A DNA stretch of 64,000 bases, taken from contig CM075993.1 in the NCBI GenBank assembly GCA_038087875.1, positions 4,590,001 to 4,654,000 of the forward strand. The letters are read 5' to 3'. The translations under genes and the position numbers were made by a program. This stretch comes from Malacoraja senta. Its lineage: Eukaryota. The notes beneath the pieces are model-generated. The model searched no databases. It was not told the DNA's origin and worked only from the letters and a program-made list of their open reading frames with translations. Of this stretch, positions 1 to 11,183 are shown piece after piece; position 1 is the stretch's first letter; each line of letters begins with the position of its first letter.

Positions 1-129
1 ACCACCTTCTGACTAAAGAAATTTCTCCTCATCTCCTGTATTTGCCTGGCTATTTTACTACCAATAACTGTGGTAAACATCTTATAGAAACACACTTTAT
101 TCAATATTCATGGATAGATGAAACAAAAT

Positions 130-490
130 ATTTGCATTTATGGCCTTTGAAAACTTTAGGATATTGCAAAACATGATACCCAAAGAAGTACCTTTGTGAT
201 GTAGGAAATGTGGTGGCCAAAATAAGTACAACACAAAGACCAATGTAAAAATGACCATGTGAGTTGATTTTACGTGATATTTATGAAGGCATAACTGTTG
301 CCTGGGTCACAGGGATTAATCTCGCTGCTTTGCTTTGAAATAATACCAAGGAAGCACGAGCTGATAGAGCCTCAGTTTGATGTCTTATCCAAAGATCTCC
401 ACCGTCAGAAGAATAGAACTTTCTTGCTGATACCATGGGACATTTTTGGTACTCAAGTCTCTGGAATGGCAGTGAACTCTCAACCTCAGG
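130..490 (-). mobile_element. Degenerate Deu-domain SINE (SacSINE1-like)
   Basis: The reverse complement resembles the recalled SacSINE1 layout (…gggttgagagttcactgccattccagagacttgagtac…ggataagacatcaaactgagg…cctacatcacaaaggtacttc…ataaatgcaa). Confidence 0.55.
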
Positions 491-684
491 ATAGGAAAGG
501 CTATGGGTAAGAAAGATTAAGAGGGATATGTGTCATATGGGAACCGTCAGAAGAATAGAACTTTCTTGCTGATACCATGGGACATTTTTGGTACTCAAGT
601 CTCTGGAATGGCAGTGAACTCTCAACCTCAGGATAGGAAAGGCTATGGGTAAGAAAGATTAAGAGGGATATGTGTCATATGGGA
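401..684. repeat. Perfect 142-bp tandem duplication (401-542 / 543-684)
   Basis: Direct comparison: both units run accgtcagaagaatag…gtcatatggga. Confidence 0.95.
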
Positions 685-1584
685 TGCGTTTCAATGGGGC
701 ATCTTGGCCAAGTTGGGTCGAAGTTGTGTTGTATAACTCTAGGATTCCGACGAGAGGCACAAGTAATAACCACAGAGCTACAGCTAAAACAATCTGCCAA
801 TCCCAAGAGGGATCCAGGATGAGAACCATGGTTATGTTTCTTACCCGAAGACCACACTAAATCTCGGCCCATAGCTGGCCAAGATTGGCTATCTCTATGA
901 GGAATGTGCAACGCCTATGCACAGGGCCTTCGAGACTTGATTCTCTCAAAGCTATAATTTCTGAAAAGCTTTTTAGAAGATTAAAGGCTCAGAACAAGGA
1001 GTGAGTGGTAAGTGGGGGAAAAAATAAACTTTTGAATCTACCAAATTCATAAGCCATGCTGCAGCAGTGAATCTGCAGCTACAATACAATTAATCAAACT
1101 CGGAAATTTCTGAGACAACTTAAATTAACAGGTAATGGAATTTTTAAAAAACATGGAACAAAAACTAACTTTCAAGTGTTATTTGGCTCAATCTGTCCTT
1201 TCATCTGCACTTTTGCACTGCTCACCATTATTCTCAACACTAATCTGAGGCAAGAACATCGGGTTCCCTATTTAGTTTCACTAAAATTACAGTTCTCTAT
1301 TTCCCAATGTTTCCATTTTGTTGAAACCAGCCCACTGATTAATTAATCCCGTCAGAAACCACGATGTTTAAAAAAAAAAAAAATTTGAACTTCAAGGCAC
1401 ATGGCTGGAAAAGTGTCTAACCAGCATCCTTCATCCAAAAAAAAGCGAGACAAAGACTGAGGGACGGAACACAAGCCACAAGGAAGGAATTGGGGAAGAA
1501 AATTGACAGCATCTGCCTCATTTCTCTTGGATTTTTTAAAACTACCCCAAGGCGATGGACACCTAAACTGGATTTGAATCAAGG

Positions 1585-1940
1585 GTACACAAAAAAATGC
1601 TGGAGAAACTCAGCGGGTGCAGCAGCATCTATGGAGCGAAGGAAATAGGCAACGTTTCGGGCCAAAACCCTTCTTCAGACTGATGGGGGGTGGAGAGAAG
1701 AAAGGAAAAAGGCAGAGGAGGAGCCCGAGGGCTGAGGAAGGGGAGGAGACAGCAAGGGCTAACAGAATTGGGAGAATTCAATGTTCATGCCCCCAGGATG
1801 CAGACTCCCCAAGCGGAATATGAGGTGATGTTCCTCCAATTTCCGGTGTTGCTCGCTCTGGCCATGGAGGAGACACAGGATAGAGAGGTCGGATACGGAA
1901 TGGGAGGGGGAGTTGAAGTGCTGAGCCACCGGGAGGTCGT
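1585..1940 (-). mobile_element. Penelope-like element 3' fragment (pLTR with hammerhead motif plus degenerate GIY-YIG C-terminus)
   Basis: ggtacacaaaa…gcaacgtttcgggccaaaacccttcttcagact, followed by sequence homologous to the endonuclease-coding copies at 26909-27230 and 50416-50700. Confidence 0.75.
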
Positions 1941-2630
1941 TCCTCGGTCTACTGTCAAGAGATACCTTGAATTATCGTTCTGGATTTGCCTTGACCATAT
2001 CATTGTATCACAAACCATTTGTTAAAATTGTATTTTAATCAATAAATAGTAAAAATTGCAGGTGAATTTTAGATAATATCGCAGCACAGTTCTTAGACAA
2101 GTAGGGTGCAGTATGTGGAGATGTTATGAAGGGAAAGGGTGCTTAGAAAAATCATTGTATGATTGTTGGAATCAATATACATTGATTGAAGGTTGTCATA
2201 ATCAATTCCAGAGTTCCTCCCCGTAGGTCAAGTTAAACCCAGAGTGTGGAAGCAAAGATAGGAGAGTGGGTTAAATGGTACCAAGGAACATGTAGAAACA
2301 AAGAACCGCAGATGCTGGTTAATATACAAAAGGACACTGTAAAGATTTGTCATAACGCACTGTGTCTTTACTACTGTTTATTCATAATACACATTATACA
2401 CATACTTTGCTGCCCTAGCTGTCCGTGGTCTGTCACTGGAACCAGAGAGAGAGAACTGGGTGGGAAGGTTGCAATTATATCAGTGATGTGGGGAGTGGTT
2501 AGTAGTGGTGAGGTCACTATGTTAAAGGTACATGCACATATCATCTACATCCTTCCCCTTGGAAATAATAAGCAATACCGAAGTGACAGGGCGACCACGT
2601 CTCATACGCTACGAGCAGGTGAGCAAACAG

Positions 2631-3536
2631 TTAAACAAATTCACCATAACGGATAGGCGGCCTGACCACCCGCCCGGACCGGGTACGCAGTTCGCCATCC
2701 CCCCCTTCTGCAGGCGGAGCATGAGTTGGAGCCGGCGCGGGGGAGAGAACCGGGGAACCAGGAGGAGAATGAGAAAACGGAGAAGGAGCAGTAGCGGGAA
2801 GACGGGCAGGCGAGGGAGGACTGGCCGGAGGGGCAGGCAGCGTTGTCGACAGTGGGGGGGAAAAGGGATCCGCAGGCGGCGGTGGTGGCTCGTTAACAAG
2901 CCGCAGATGTTGCCGGGACCGGCGGTAAATGGTACCGTCATGGTCGACAAGGTAGGACCGCGGCGAACCAGCAGTACCGACGACGATGGCAAGCCTGGGG
3001 TGACCGGAGGGGGACTGCATTCGGACGACTTGGCCTGAGAGCAGAGGCGGGAGAGGACGACAAGACTTGTCGTGGGAGCGCCGTTGGATTTCTTGTTTGA
3101 AGGCAATGTGCTCCTGGACGGCAGCGGGACGGAGGACAGAGGGAACGAGGGACCGCTGGGTCACCGGGATCGGAGGTCTCGTAGTGCGAGACATCAGCCG
3201 TTGAGCTGGGGAGCCCAATGCAGTGTCGCGGCAAATGTTTCGAAGGTTGAGGAGGGCCAAGTAAAAATCAGAATGGGACAGTCTACAATGTTCCAGCAAG
3301 TCCTTAGCACTGCGGACAGCGCGCTCTGCCAACCCGTTGCTTTGTGGGTACTCTGGGCTGCTGGTGTAGTGTCGGAAGTTCCAACTGGCAGCGAAACTCT
3401 GAAATTCTGCGCTCGAGAACTGGCCGCCGTTGTCCGATTGAAGACTTGCCGGGGTGCCATGGGTTCCGAACTTCTGGTCTCCAAGTGCAGGCGTGGGTTC
3501 GTATCCCACTTCTGACACCATGTAAAGATGTGTCAT
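2631..3536 (-). pseudogene. Truncated Gypsy integrase ORF (second half of DDE core plus C-terminal region)
   Basis: LQSDNGGQF…F…W…H.TSSPEYPQSNGLAERAVRSAK is the rve core (second D and E present; HHCC and first D absent), followed by SPAQRLMSR, PRSYLV…G..YRRSRQHLR and TRSGRVVRPP.R motifs. Confidence 0.88.
3472..3520 (-). other. Extended primer-binding site; the plus strand reads as the 3' half of tRNA-Leu(CAA) including CCA
   Basis: ttctggtctccaagtgcaggcgtgggttcgtatcccacttctgacacca directly abuts the LTR and matches the recalled vertebrate tRNA-Leu-CAA from position 38 to CCA. Confidence 0.85.
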
Positions 3537-5016
3537 AACGCACTGTGTCTTTACTACTGTTTATTCATAATACACATTATACACATACTTTGCTGCCCTA
3601 CCTGTCCGTGGTCTGTCACTGGAACCAGAGAGAGAGAACTGGGTGGGAAGGTTGTAATTATACCAGTGATGTGGGGAGTGGTTAGTAGTGGTGAGGTCAC
3701 TATGTTAAAGGTACATGCACATATCATCTACAGACACAAAGTGCTGGAGTAACTCAGCAGGTCAGACAGCATCTATGGAGAATATGGATAGGTGATGTTT
3801 CAGGTCGATACCTTCAGACTCAGAAATGTTGCCTATCCATGTTCTCCAGAGATGCTGCCTGACCTGCTGAGTTACTTCAGCACTTTGTGCCCATTTGTGT
3901 ACTGAGGAATATGTTGGATTTAAGGAGGGCTTTGAAAATGTGAAGAGATTCAACAAAGACTTCCAGACTATGAAGACAACAATGGCTGAGTAGAACACAG
4001 ATAAAAAGAGCCAGAGTTGGGTTTGATCAGGCGGGCCATGAAGATGAAGAGATAACAGGGATAGGGGATTTTACATGGAGTGCATTTGATACGCTTTTGT
4101 GCAGAAAAGGAATGTGGGTTGAGATAAATATTGGGGTCAATGTGCCCGTGAGACCAATAACCTGGTAATGAGGGAAAATTTGCACAGGTTAGTTAATGCC
4201 TCTCTTTGGTGATTGGATTGAGTATGATCCTCAAATAAGATATGGTTCCACAAAACTGGAAAGAAATGTCTTATAATTGTTCAGCTCAGAACTCAATTAC
4301 CAAATACCACAAAATTCTGCTTCTATTCATCCGTCGGCTTGTTTTGATGGCAAACTATGGAGCAAGAAAGCGGGCAAAATCCAGGGACTCATCAGTGCAT
4401 AATTATCAGAAAATGTCAGGCTGTGTTCTAAGTGTTCTGCCGTGAAGAATTACATGCTGCAAGTCTTTCCTTACCCTGTAACTGGGGTGAGAATTACCAT
4501 CACAGCTGATAATTAACAAATTCTGAAGAAAGCAAGATGAAAAGCAAGAAAAACAAAATAGGGGAAGGGGATTCAGGTTGTTATCTGAAAGATCAAGGAA
4601 AACTTACTACTGAAGGAATTGTAATAGATTACCTATACATGGCAACCTTGAACCATAATTAACCTGGCAAAACTGCCAGTGAAGCAAGCAACTTCTTTTG
4701 AAAGAATCCAAGATGGGCTGCTTTCCTGTACTTTTGTTACTTTCATCTATGAAGGTGCCAAATCATGCAAGATATAGTTAGAAAGAATTACATAGACGTT
4801 ACACGCAGAAACAGCCCCGTTCAACTGGCCTGTTCTCCACCTGGCCCTTATGATTTCAAAGCTATCGCAAAAAATTAATGCAAAGAAGCACAGTCTAATT
4901 TGGTTTCACCCTATTCAAGACATCCTCTTTGCTCTGTCAACCCTTCCTCCACCTCTTCTGCTAATGAAAACTACTGTTTTTCTCTTTTTGCCAGTCGGTT
5001 GTCCACCAGCTATCAC

Positions 5017-5293
5017 CTGGCACGGCGGCATAGCGATAGGTTCAATCCTGACTATAGGTGCTTTCCTGTACAGACTTTATACGTTCCCCCGGTGACCTGC
5101 GTGGGTTTTCTCCGAGATCCCTGGTTTCCTCCCACACTCCAAAGACGTACAGGTTTGTAGGTTAATTGGCTTGGTATAAATGTAAAATTGTCCCTTGTGT
5201 GTGTAGGATAGTGCAAGTGTGCGGGGATCGCTGGTCGGCGCGGACTCAAAGGGCCGAAGGGCCTGTTTCCGTGCTGTATCTCTAAACTAAACT
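5017..5293 (+). mobile_element. HE1-type V-SINE (head partly deleted)
   Basis: V-domain cctcccacactccaaagacgtacaggtttgtaggttaattggc; tail gggccgaagggcctgtttccgtgctgtatctctaaactaaact. Confidence 0.85.
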
Positions 5294-6483
5294 ATCAAGG
5301 ATCCAGTTACACTGTTCTCATTTTATGCTCCCAACAACTCCATCAACTCTCCAAATTCTACCACTCTTCAGATTGGCAGTAATTGACAGTGACTGATTAA
5401 TCTGTCTCACCACACCTTTTGGGTTAGAAGGAATTCAGAGCCCTCAGGGGAAAACCATGCTGTTACAGGAAGAACATTGCAAACTCCACACGATGCACAG
5501 AATGTCGGGATTGAAGTCAGTCCACTGGAGCTGTGAGGCAGCAACTCTACTCGCTGTGCCACAGTGAGCTACTTAACCCATCTGTAAGGACAACATTGAT
5601 AACTCTCTCTGGATCTTAGAAATGCCGTGTTGAAATGGTACCAGTACCTCAGTCTTCCTCCTTGTTTCCAATGCATAAACTTTATAGGGTGTTTGGTTCT
5701 GGCTATGCGACACGGAGAACATAGGCTTTTGCCTAGAAAGAATGCAACTGCAGAAACCAGCCACGTTCTAAACAGGATTCAGCCATACAGGTATTACCTC
5801 ATAGTTAGCAAGAGAACCATAAAGATTCGTATGGGTGTAAAATTGTAAGACTCAATGGATGACTTGAACCACTTGAGGGGAAATGAGCTAAACACTCAGA
5901 CTTCAAAGTCCACTGACCCATGTAAACTGGGACTGGCATTCACTGTCAGTCTGCTAGGGCGAATGGTTATGAACTTCTTCATTCATCAGGAGCCAAAAAA
6001 AACACAAAGCCACTACTGGGCGCTTACAAAGTACAAGCAATGACACGTTTGTCCTGGATGGATCGGAAATAATTAAAAGTTGCACATCAATGTCAAAACA
6101 CTATCTTTTTCTGTGCTGTAACTTTAATCTAAGTTGCGCAGTGCATAAATGTTTTATTGAAGAAATGAGTTCAGCACAAAGTTCAAACAACAGACATTAT
6201 TTGAAACACCATGCCATGTAGTTACAGATCCATTCCCCCAGCTGGAAAGTCTGCCTACTTCAGCACCCAATTTTCTTAACAAGTTCCAAAATTTTCACCG
6301 ACAATGAAAATCTTTTCCATGCATTATATGTATAAGAACAAAATTGTTCTAAATGTGCCTCCACTAATTTGCCTCCACTCCTCCTGTGAGAGAGTGTTTA
6401 TAAATAAATATAGGTTAATACATTTATCTAATCCCTCATTAGTACCTTGAAAATGAAAAGCCTTTCCAAAATTCATCAAGTTG

Positions 6484-6790
6484 ATTTAGTTTTAGTTTTA
6501 GAGATACAGCGCAGAAACAGGCCGTTCGGCCCACCGAGTCCGCACCGACCAGCGATCCCCGCACATCAACACTACCCTACACACACTAGGGACAATTTAC
6601 ACTTATACCAAGCCAATTAACCTGCAAACCTGTACGTCTTTGGAGTGTGGGAGGAAACCGAAGATCTCGGAGAAAACTCTCGCCATCACGAGAACGTACA
6701 AACTCTGTACAGACAGCACCCGCAGTCGGAATCGAACCCGCGTCTCCAGCGCAGAAAGCCCTGTAAGGCAGCACCTCTGCTGCTGAGTCA
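6484..6790 (-). mobile_element. HE1-type V-SINE
   Basis: Reverse complement of the same consensus with B-box-like gggttcgattcc and (taaac)n tail. Confidence 0.88.
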
Positions 6791-7202
6791 CCGGTGATTA
6801 AATATAAACCAGTTTTTAATACAGACTCTGCCAAAGAACCCATAAAATTCCACCTACTGTGAACAAGTTTTCAAGAATTACTTCTGTCCTTTATAAAAGT
6901 GTCAGGAGTTCATTACATTATACAACTGTTTCTTAGCAGGTAAATATCTGATCCTCACCCTTGCCTCCCACCAACCCCCCACCCCACAACCAGTGTTGCA
7001 CGGAGTTAAACAGATCAAGAGAGCACCAGATTTATTTACCATGCTGCACTAAACCAGCTGATTTCAGTCAGTAGCCCACTACTTAGCTGGGTTGATGGGA
7101 AACCAAACTGAACTTTGGAACACTCTCAAATAGCATCAGATGCAACGCCAATTCAGATTCATACTGTGTTCCAATTGAACTGTGATTGATATTGCATCTA
7201 TT

Positions 7203-7432
7203 GTAGAAACCAAAAACTGCAGATGCTGGTTAATACATGAAAATACACAAGCTGCTGCAGTAACTCAGCGGGTCAGGCAGCATCTCTGGCGAACATGGAT
7301 AGGTGACGTTTTGGGTTGAGATGCTTCAGACCCTTCAGTCTGGAGAAAGGTCCCGACTCGAAATGTCATCTATCCATATTCTCCATGATGCTGCCTGACC
7401 CACTGAGTTACTCCAGCACCTCATGTCTTTTT
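7203..7432. mobile_element. Penelope-derived palindromic mini-element
   Basis: Two inverted pLTR arms meet at a degenerate hammerhead motif; imperfect direct flanks attgcatctatt/atagcatccatt. Confidence 0.75.
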
Positions 7433-8261
7433 ATAGCATCCATTTGCGCTGAATGCAGTGTGTGAAATCTCCCTTTTTAATATCTTCTACCATTTGCACA
7501 AGCACAAAATTGTGCCTTTTGTTAAAAAATGGTTACAGCGCCAAATGGATCTTTTCATCTCATACATTGTTCCAAGCCGAGTATATGCAGGAGGCATCGT
7601 CACTATTTCCTGTTTGAACGACAGATGAACGGGAATCAGATTTAAACTGACTAGGAGGAAATCTAAACATCTTCGGTTTTGAACGATGTGTTATCTAATA
7701 TCTGCCATATAACTCAATTTTTAACAAAGCATTCCATGCACTTAAATAAGTGGACCATCAGTTTTGGGTCATCGTCACACAGCTCAGAAACAGGCCATTT
7801 GGCCCACCACATCTATGCTGACTATTAAGTGCTTTGCTTGTTCGCTGTTAGTTTTAAATCACAATGGTGCAAAATAAAACTGAAATAATCTAAACGATAA
7901 CTTTACGCAGCTGGTCATGACATGAATTTTATATAACAACCTTATTGAGTTGTGTTAGTTGGAATGTGTTAGATTGTCAGTTCAATGGTAATCTGTCACG
8001 TGTACCTAACTCCATTGAATTTTTTCAGTGACAATGACAGTTCAGTGACAATCCTGCATTGTTTAGAATTGTTTAAATCGTCAGAATGCTAAATCAATAT
8101 CAGTGATAATATGGTAATTGGCTTGCATAACATGTCACTGGAACTCTTGGTAACCAAATTCCATCATTCTATCAGGTTGCGATGACATTCACACACAACG
8201 CATGGATTTAAAATACATGTGAAGGAGAGTGCTTTATAATAAAGCTGTTTGAGATGTTTGG

Positions 8262-8800
8262 AAATCATTAATGAAGGAATTCATGATGCAGCTCTGTAGG
8301 ACTTTGGTTACGCTGCATTTGGAGTGTTGCGTACAGTTCTGGTTGCTCCATTACTGGAAAGATGCGGAGACTTTGGCTAGGGTGCAGAAGAGGTTTACTA
8401 GAAAGCTGCCTGGATTAGAGGGTTTCAGCTACAGGGAAGGTTTGACAGGCTTGGATTGATTTCTGGAATTTCAGAGGTTGAGGGGAGACGATGGAAGAAT
8501 TTAAAATTATGAGAGGCACAGGCAGGGTAGACAGTAAGGGCCTTTTACCTAGGGTGGAAATGTCTGACACTAGAGGGCATAGCTTTAAGGTGAGAGGGGG
8601 AAAGTTTAATGAAGATATGCAGGGCAAGTTTTTTTTTCACACAGCGAGTAGTGGGGACCTGGAACACATTGCCAGGGGTGGTGGTCGAGGCAGATTCGAC
8701 GTTTAAGAGGAATTTGGAAAGCCACATGGATGTGCAGGGAATAGGGGGATATGGATCATGTACAGGCAGATGAGATCAGTTTTACTTGGCATCATGTTAT
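8262..8800 (+). mobile_element. CR1/HER1-type LINE 3' fragment
   Basis: Frameshifted RT C-terminus (QLCRTLV..HLECCVQFW…RVQKRFTR.LPGL; TRGHSFKVRGGKF). Confidence 0.85.
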
Positions 8801-9136
8801 ATTGAGCCTGGAGATATAAGGACTCCTTTTGTGCAATTAATTCCTATGTTGCTGGAAGAGTAAAGAGTTTTCATCCCTAACCTTACTTCTTTTAAATATA
8901 GATAAAGATGTTAAGATTATTGATTTAAAACCACAAAGTGACAAATTGAAAGAATATTAAAACAACATTTGGGGAAATTATTGCAAAAACAATATATCAT
9001 TGAGGCAAATTAGTGCATGATGACACAGTAATCTTTGAGGATGGCCAAAATTAAAATTGGTAGCTAGGATTTTGTTCTAATTGATTTGAAGGAAAGTTTT
9101 CAATCGTGCTCCTGCAGCAGAGTGATTGTCGCTTAC

Positions 9137-9286
9137 CTGATTGTCGGGGTGGTTTATAGTAAAATACCCCACGCAGACGATGACTTCATGAAGCAGGTCC
9201 TCACTGGTTTGATGGTAGCAATACCATAGCAGTGAACTAACAATGTGGCGGAATGCCAGGGAGAGGCCTTCTGCACCACACACAGC
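9137..9286 (-). CDS. SCAPER: SCAPER coding exon (AVCGAEGLSLAFRHIVSSLLWYCYHQTSEDLLHEVIVCVGYFTINHPDNQ); last exon found in window
   Basis: Acceptor cacacag|GCT, donor CAG|gtaagc; 150 nt, phase 0->0; GAEGLSLAFRH and LLHEVIVCVGYFT.NHPDNQ are characteristic of the SCAPER C-terminal region. Confidence 0.96.
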
Positions 9287-9535
9287 CTGTGTGAGAGAAA
9301 AAACGGATAGAATGAGCAAGTGAAGCACAGCACCAGCTGAAGAAGCAGGCTTGTGTCACTGTTTGACTTATGAAATATGAGCAGGAACAAAAAAACAGGA
9401 AATGCTAGACAGAGGAGGTAGCGAGACAAGCATCTTCTGTGGAAGGACCGTCCACTCGCCAACTAGAGAATGGTCTTGACCTCCCATCTACCTCATTGTT
9501 TTTTTTAATTATCATGCACTAAATGTTATACCCTT

Positions 9536-9741
9536 GGTACACAAAAAAATGCTGGAGAAACTCAGCGGGTGCAGCAGCATCTATGGAGCGAAATAGATAG
9601 GCAACGTTTCGGGCCGAGGGTTTCGGCCCGAAACGCTGCCTATCTCCTTTGCTCCATAGATGCTGCTGCACCTGCTGAGTTTCTCCAGCATTTTTTTGTG
9701 TACCTTCGATTTTCCAGCATCTGCAGTTCCTTCTTTAACAC
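9536..9741. mobile_element. Penelope-derived palindromic mini-element with 15-bp TSD
   Basis: TSD aaatgttataccctt at 9521-9535 and 9742-9756; inverted arms joined at the hammerhead stem II; inserted in a Rex1-type tail. Confidence 0.88.
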
Positions 9742-10548
9742 AAATGTTATACCCTTTCTCCTGTATGTGTACACTGTAGACAGCTTGATTGTAAATATGT
9801 GACCTTTTTTCGCTAACTGGATAGCATGCGACAAAAAGCTTTCCACTGTACCTCGGGGCACGTGACAATAATAAACTAAACTAAAGGAGGAGCAGTTAAC
9901 TAATCTGGTTAGACCCCTCAAAACATTAACTGTTTCTCCTTGACCTGACCTGCTGAAAGTTTCCAGCATTTTATGCTTAAGATTCCCAGCATCTGGTATC
10001 TACAGTTTTGTTTAATTTTTAAAGAGGAGCAGGAAAAGGTCATTCAGTCCTTTGGCCCTGACCCATCAGTTAACAAGATTGTAGCTGATTTTCTATTCAA
10101 ACGCCATTTTCCAATGTCCTTTGATTTGTTTAATATTCAGAAATCTATACTAGTTTTGTTAATGGCTGAGCACAACCCTCGGGAATGGAGATTTCCATGG
10201 ATTCACCCTCTGAGTGAAGAAATGTCCCCTCACTTCAATTAGTGTCATAGTCATACAGCGTGGAAACAGGCCCTTTGGCCTAACCTCCCCTTGCCAAACC
10301 AAGATGTCCCATCTATACTAACCACCTGCCAGCGTTTGGCCAATATCCCTCTAAACCTTTCCTACCCATGTTCCCGCTTCAACTACCTCCTCTGGCAGCT
10401 CATTCCACATACCCAGCAACCTCTGTGTGAAGGACAGCACGAGCTGAATAAGCAAGCTTGTATTCGGAATGGTTACCATGTATTTTCAGATTGTGACCGC
10501 TATTTAATGATTACTTAGCTGGGAAAACAATCCACCGAGGCTATCATA

Positions 10549-10637
10549 GGTAGACAAAAGTGCTGGAGAAACTCAGCGGGTGCAGCAGCATCTATGGAGC
10601 GAAGGAAATAGGCAACATTTCGGGCCGAAACCCTTCT
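10549..10637 (-). mobile_element. Single-arm Penelope pLTR fragment with 18-bp TSD
   Basis: tccaccgaggctatcata (10531-10548) versus tccaccgatgctaccata (10638-10655). Confidence 0.82.
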
Positions 10638-10849
10638 TCCACCGATGCTACCATATCTCACCCGCTAAGAATTTTGTATTTTTGCAAGTGGTTAATAAAT
10701 AACTCAACTGAAATGGGTAGCCCAAGTGAACTATACAATTTGCATCACTACCTTCATCTGGTATTTAACTGCCCCACTGTGGCAAACACTCATTTAAGGA
10801 AGAGAATGTATTGAAGCTGCAGAAACAGTCATAGTTTCAGCTGCTTGTT

Positions 10850-11140
10850 CAGAGAGCGTGGAAACAGACTCTTTGGCACACCAAGTCCACGCTGACCATT
10901 GATAACCTGCACACTAGTTCCATGTTATCCCTCTTTTGCATCTACACATAAGGGGCAATTTACAGAAGCCAACAAACCCGACAAACCCGCACGTCTTTGC
11001 GTTGTGGGAGGAAACTGAAGCAGCTGGAGAAAACCCACGTGGACACAGGGAGAACGCAAGAACTCCGCACATACAGAACCCGAGGTCAAGATCAAACCCA
11101 GGTCTCTGATGCTGTGAGGCTCAGCTCTACTGCTGCGCCT
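10850..11140 (-). mobile_element. HE1-type V-SINE (diverged)
   Basis: Reverse-complement V-domain acgtctttgcgttgtgggaggaaac and HER1-like tail. Confidence 0.75.
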
Positions 11141-11183
11141 CTTGTCTGGATCAATAATTCACCGGTACTAAAGCTCGTCTCAC

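Larger units (their letters stand above)
2338..3732 (-). mobile_element. Internally deleted Gypsy/Ty3-type LTR retrotransposon (1395 bp)
   Basis: Two 212-bp LTRs (2338-2549, 3521-3732; TG…CA; 4 differences), 5-bp TSD gacac (2333-2337, 3733-3737), polypurine tract aaggggaagga abutting the left LTR, tRNA-Leu PBS abutting the right LTR. It splits a Penelope-derived palindrome. Confidence 0.95.

Noticed and set aside
2532..3515. Overlapping ORFs of 147-168 aa in other frames
   Set aside because: Shadow frames of the GC-rich integrase remnant; low complexity.
3472..3520. Possible tRNA-Leu gene
   Set aside because: Only the 3' half is present, CCA is encoded and it abuts an LTR; it is a primer-binding site, not a tRNA gene.
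1..9136. Next SCAPER exon (expected VIVQSGRHPTVLQKLCQLPFQYF-like) and ISL2
   Set aside because: Not found in the ORF track or by reading; presumably beyond the window start.
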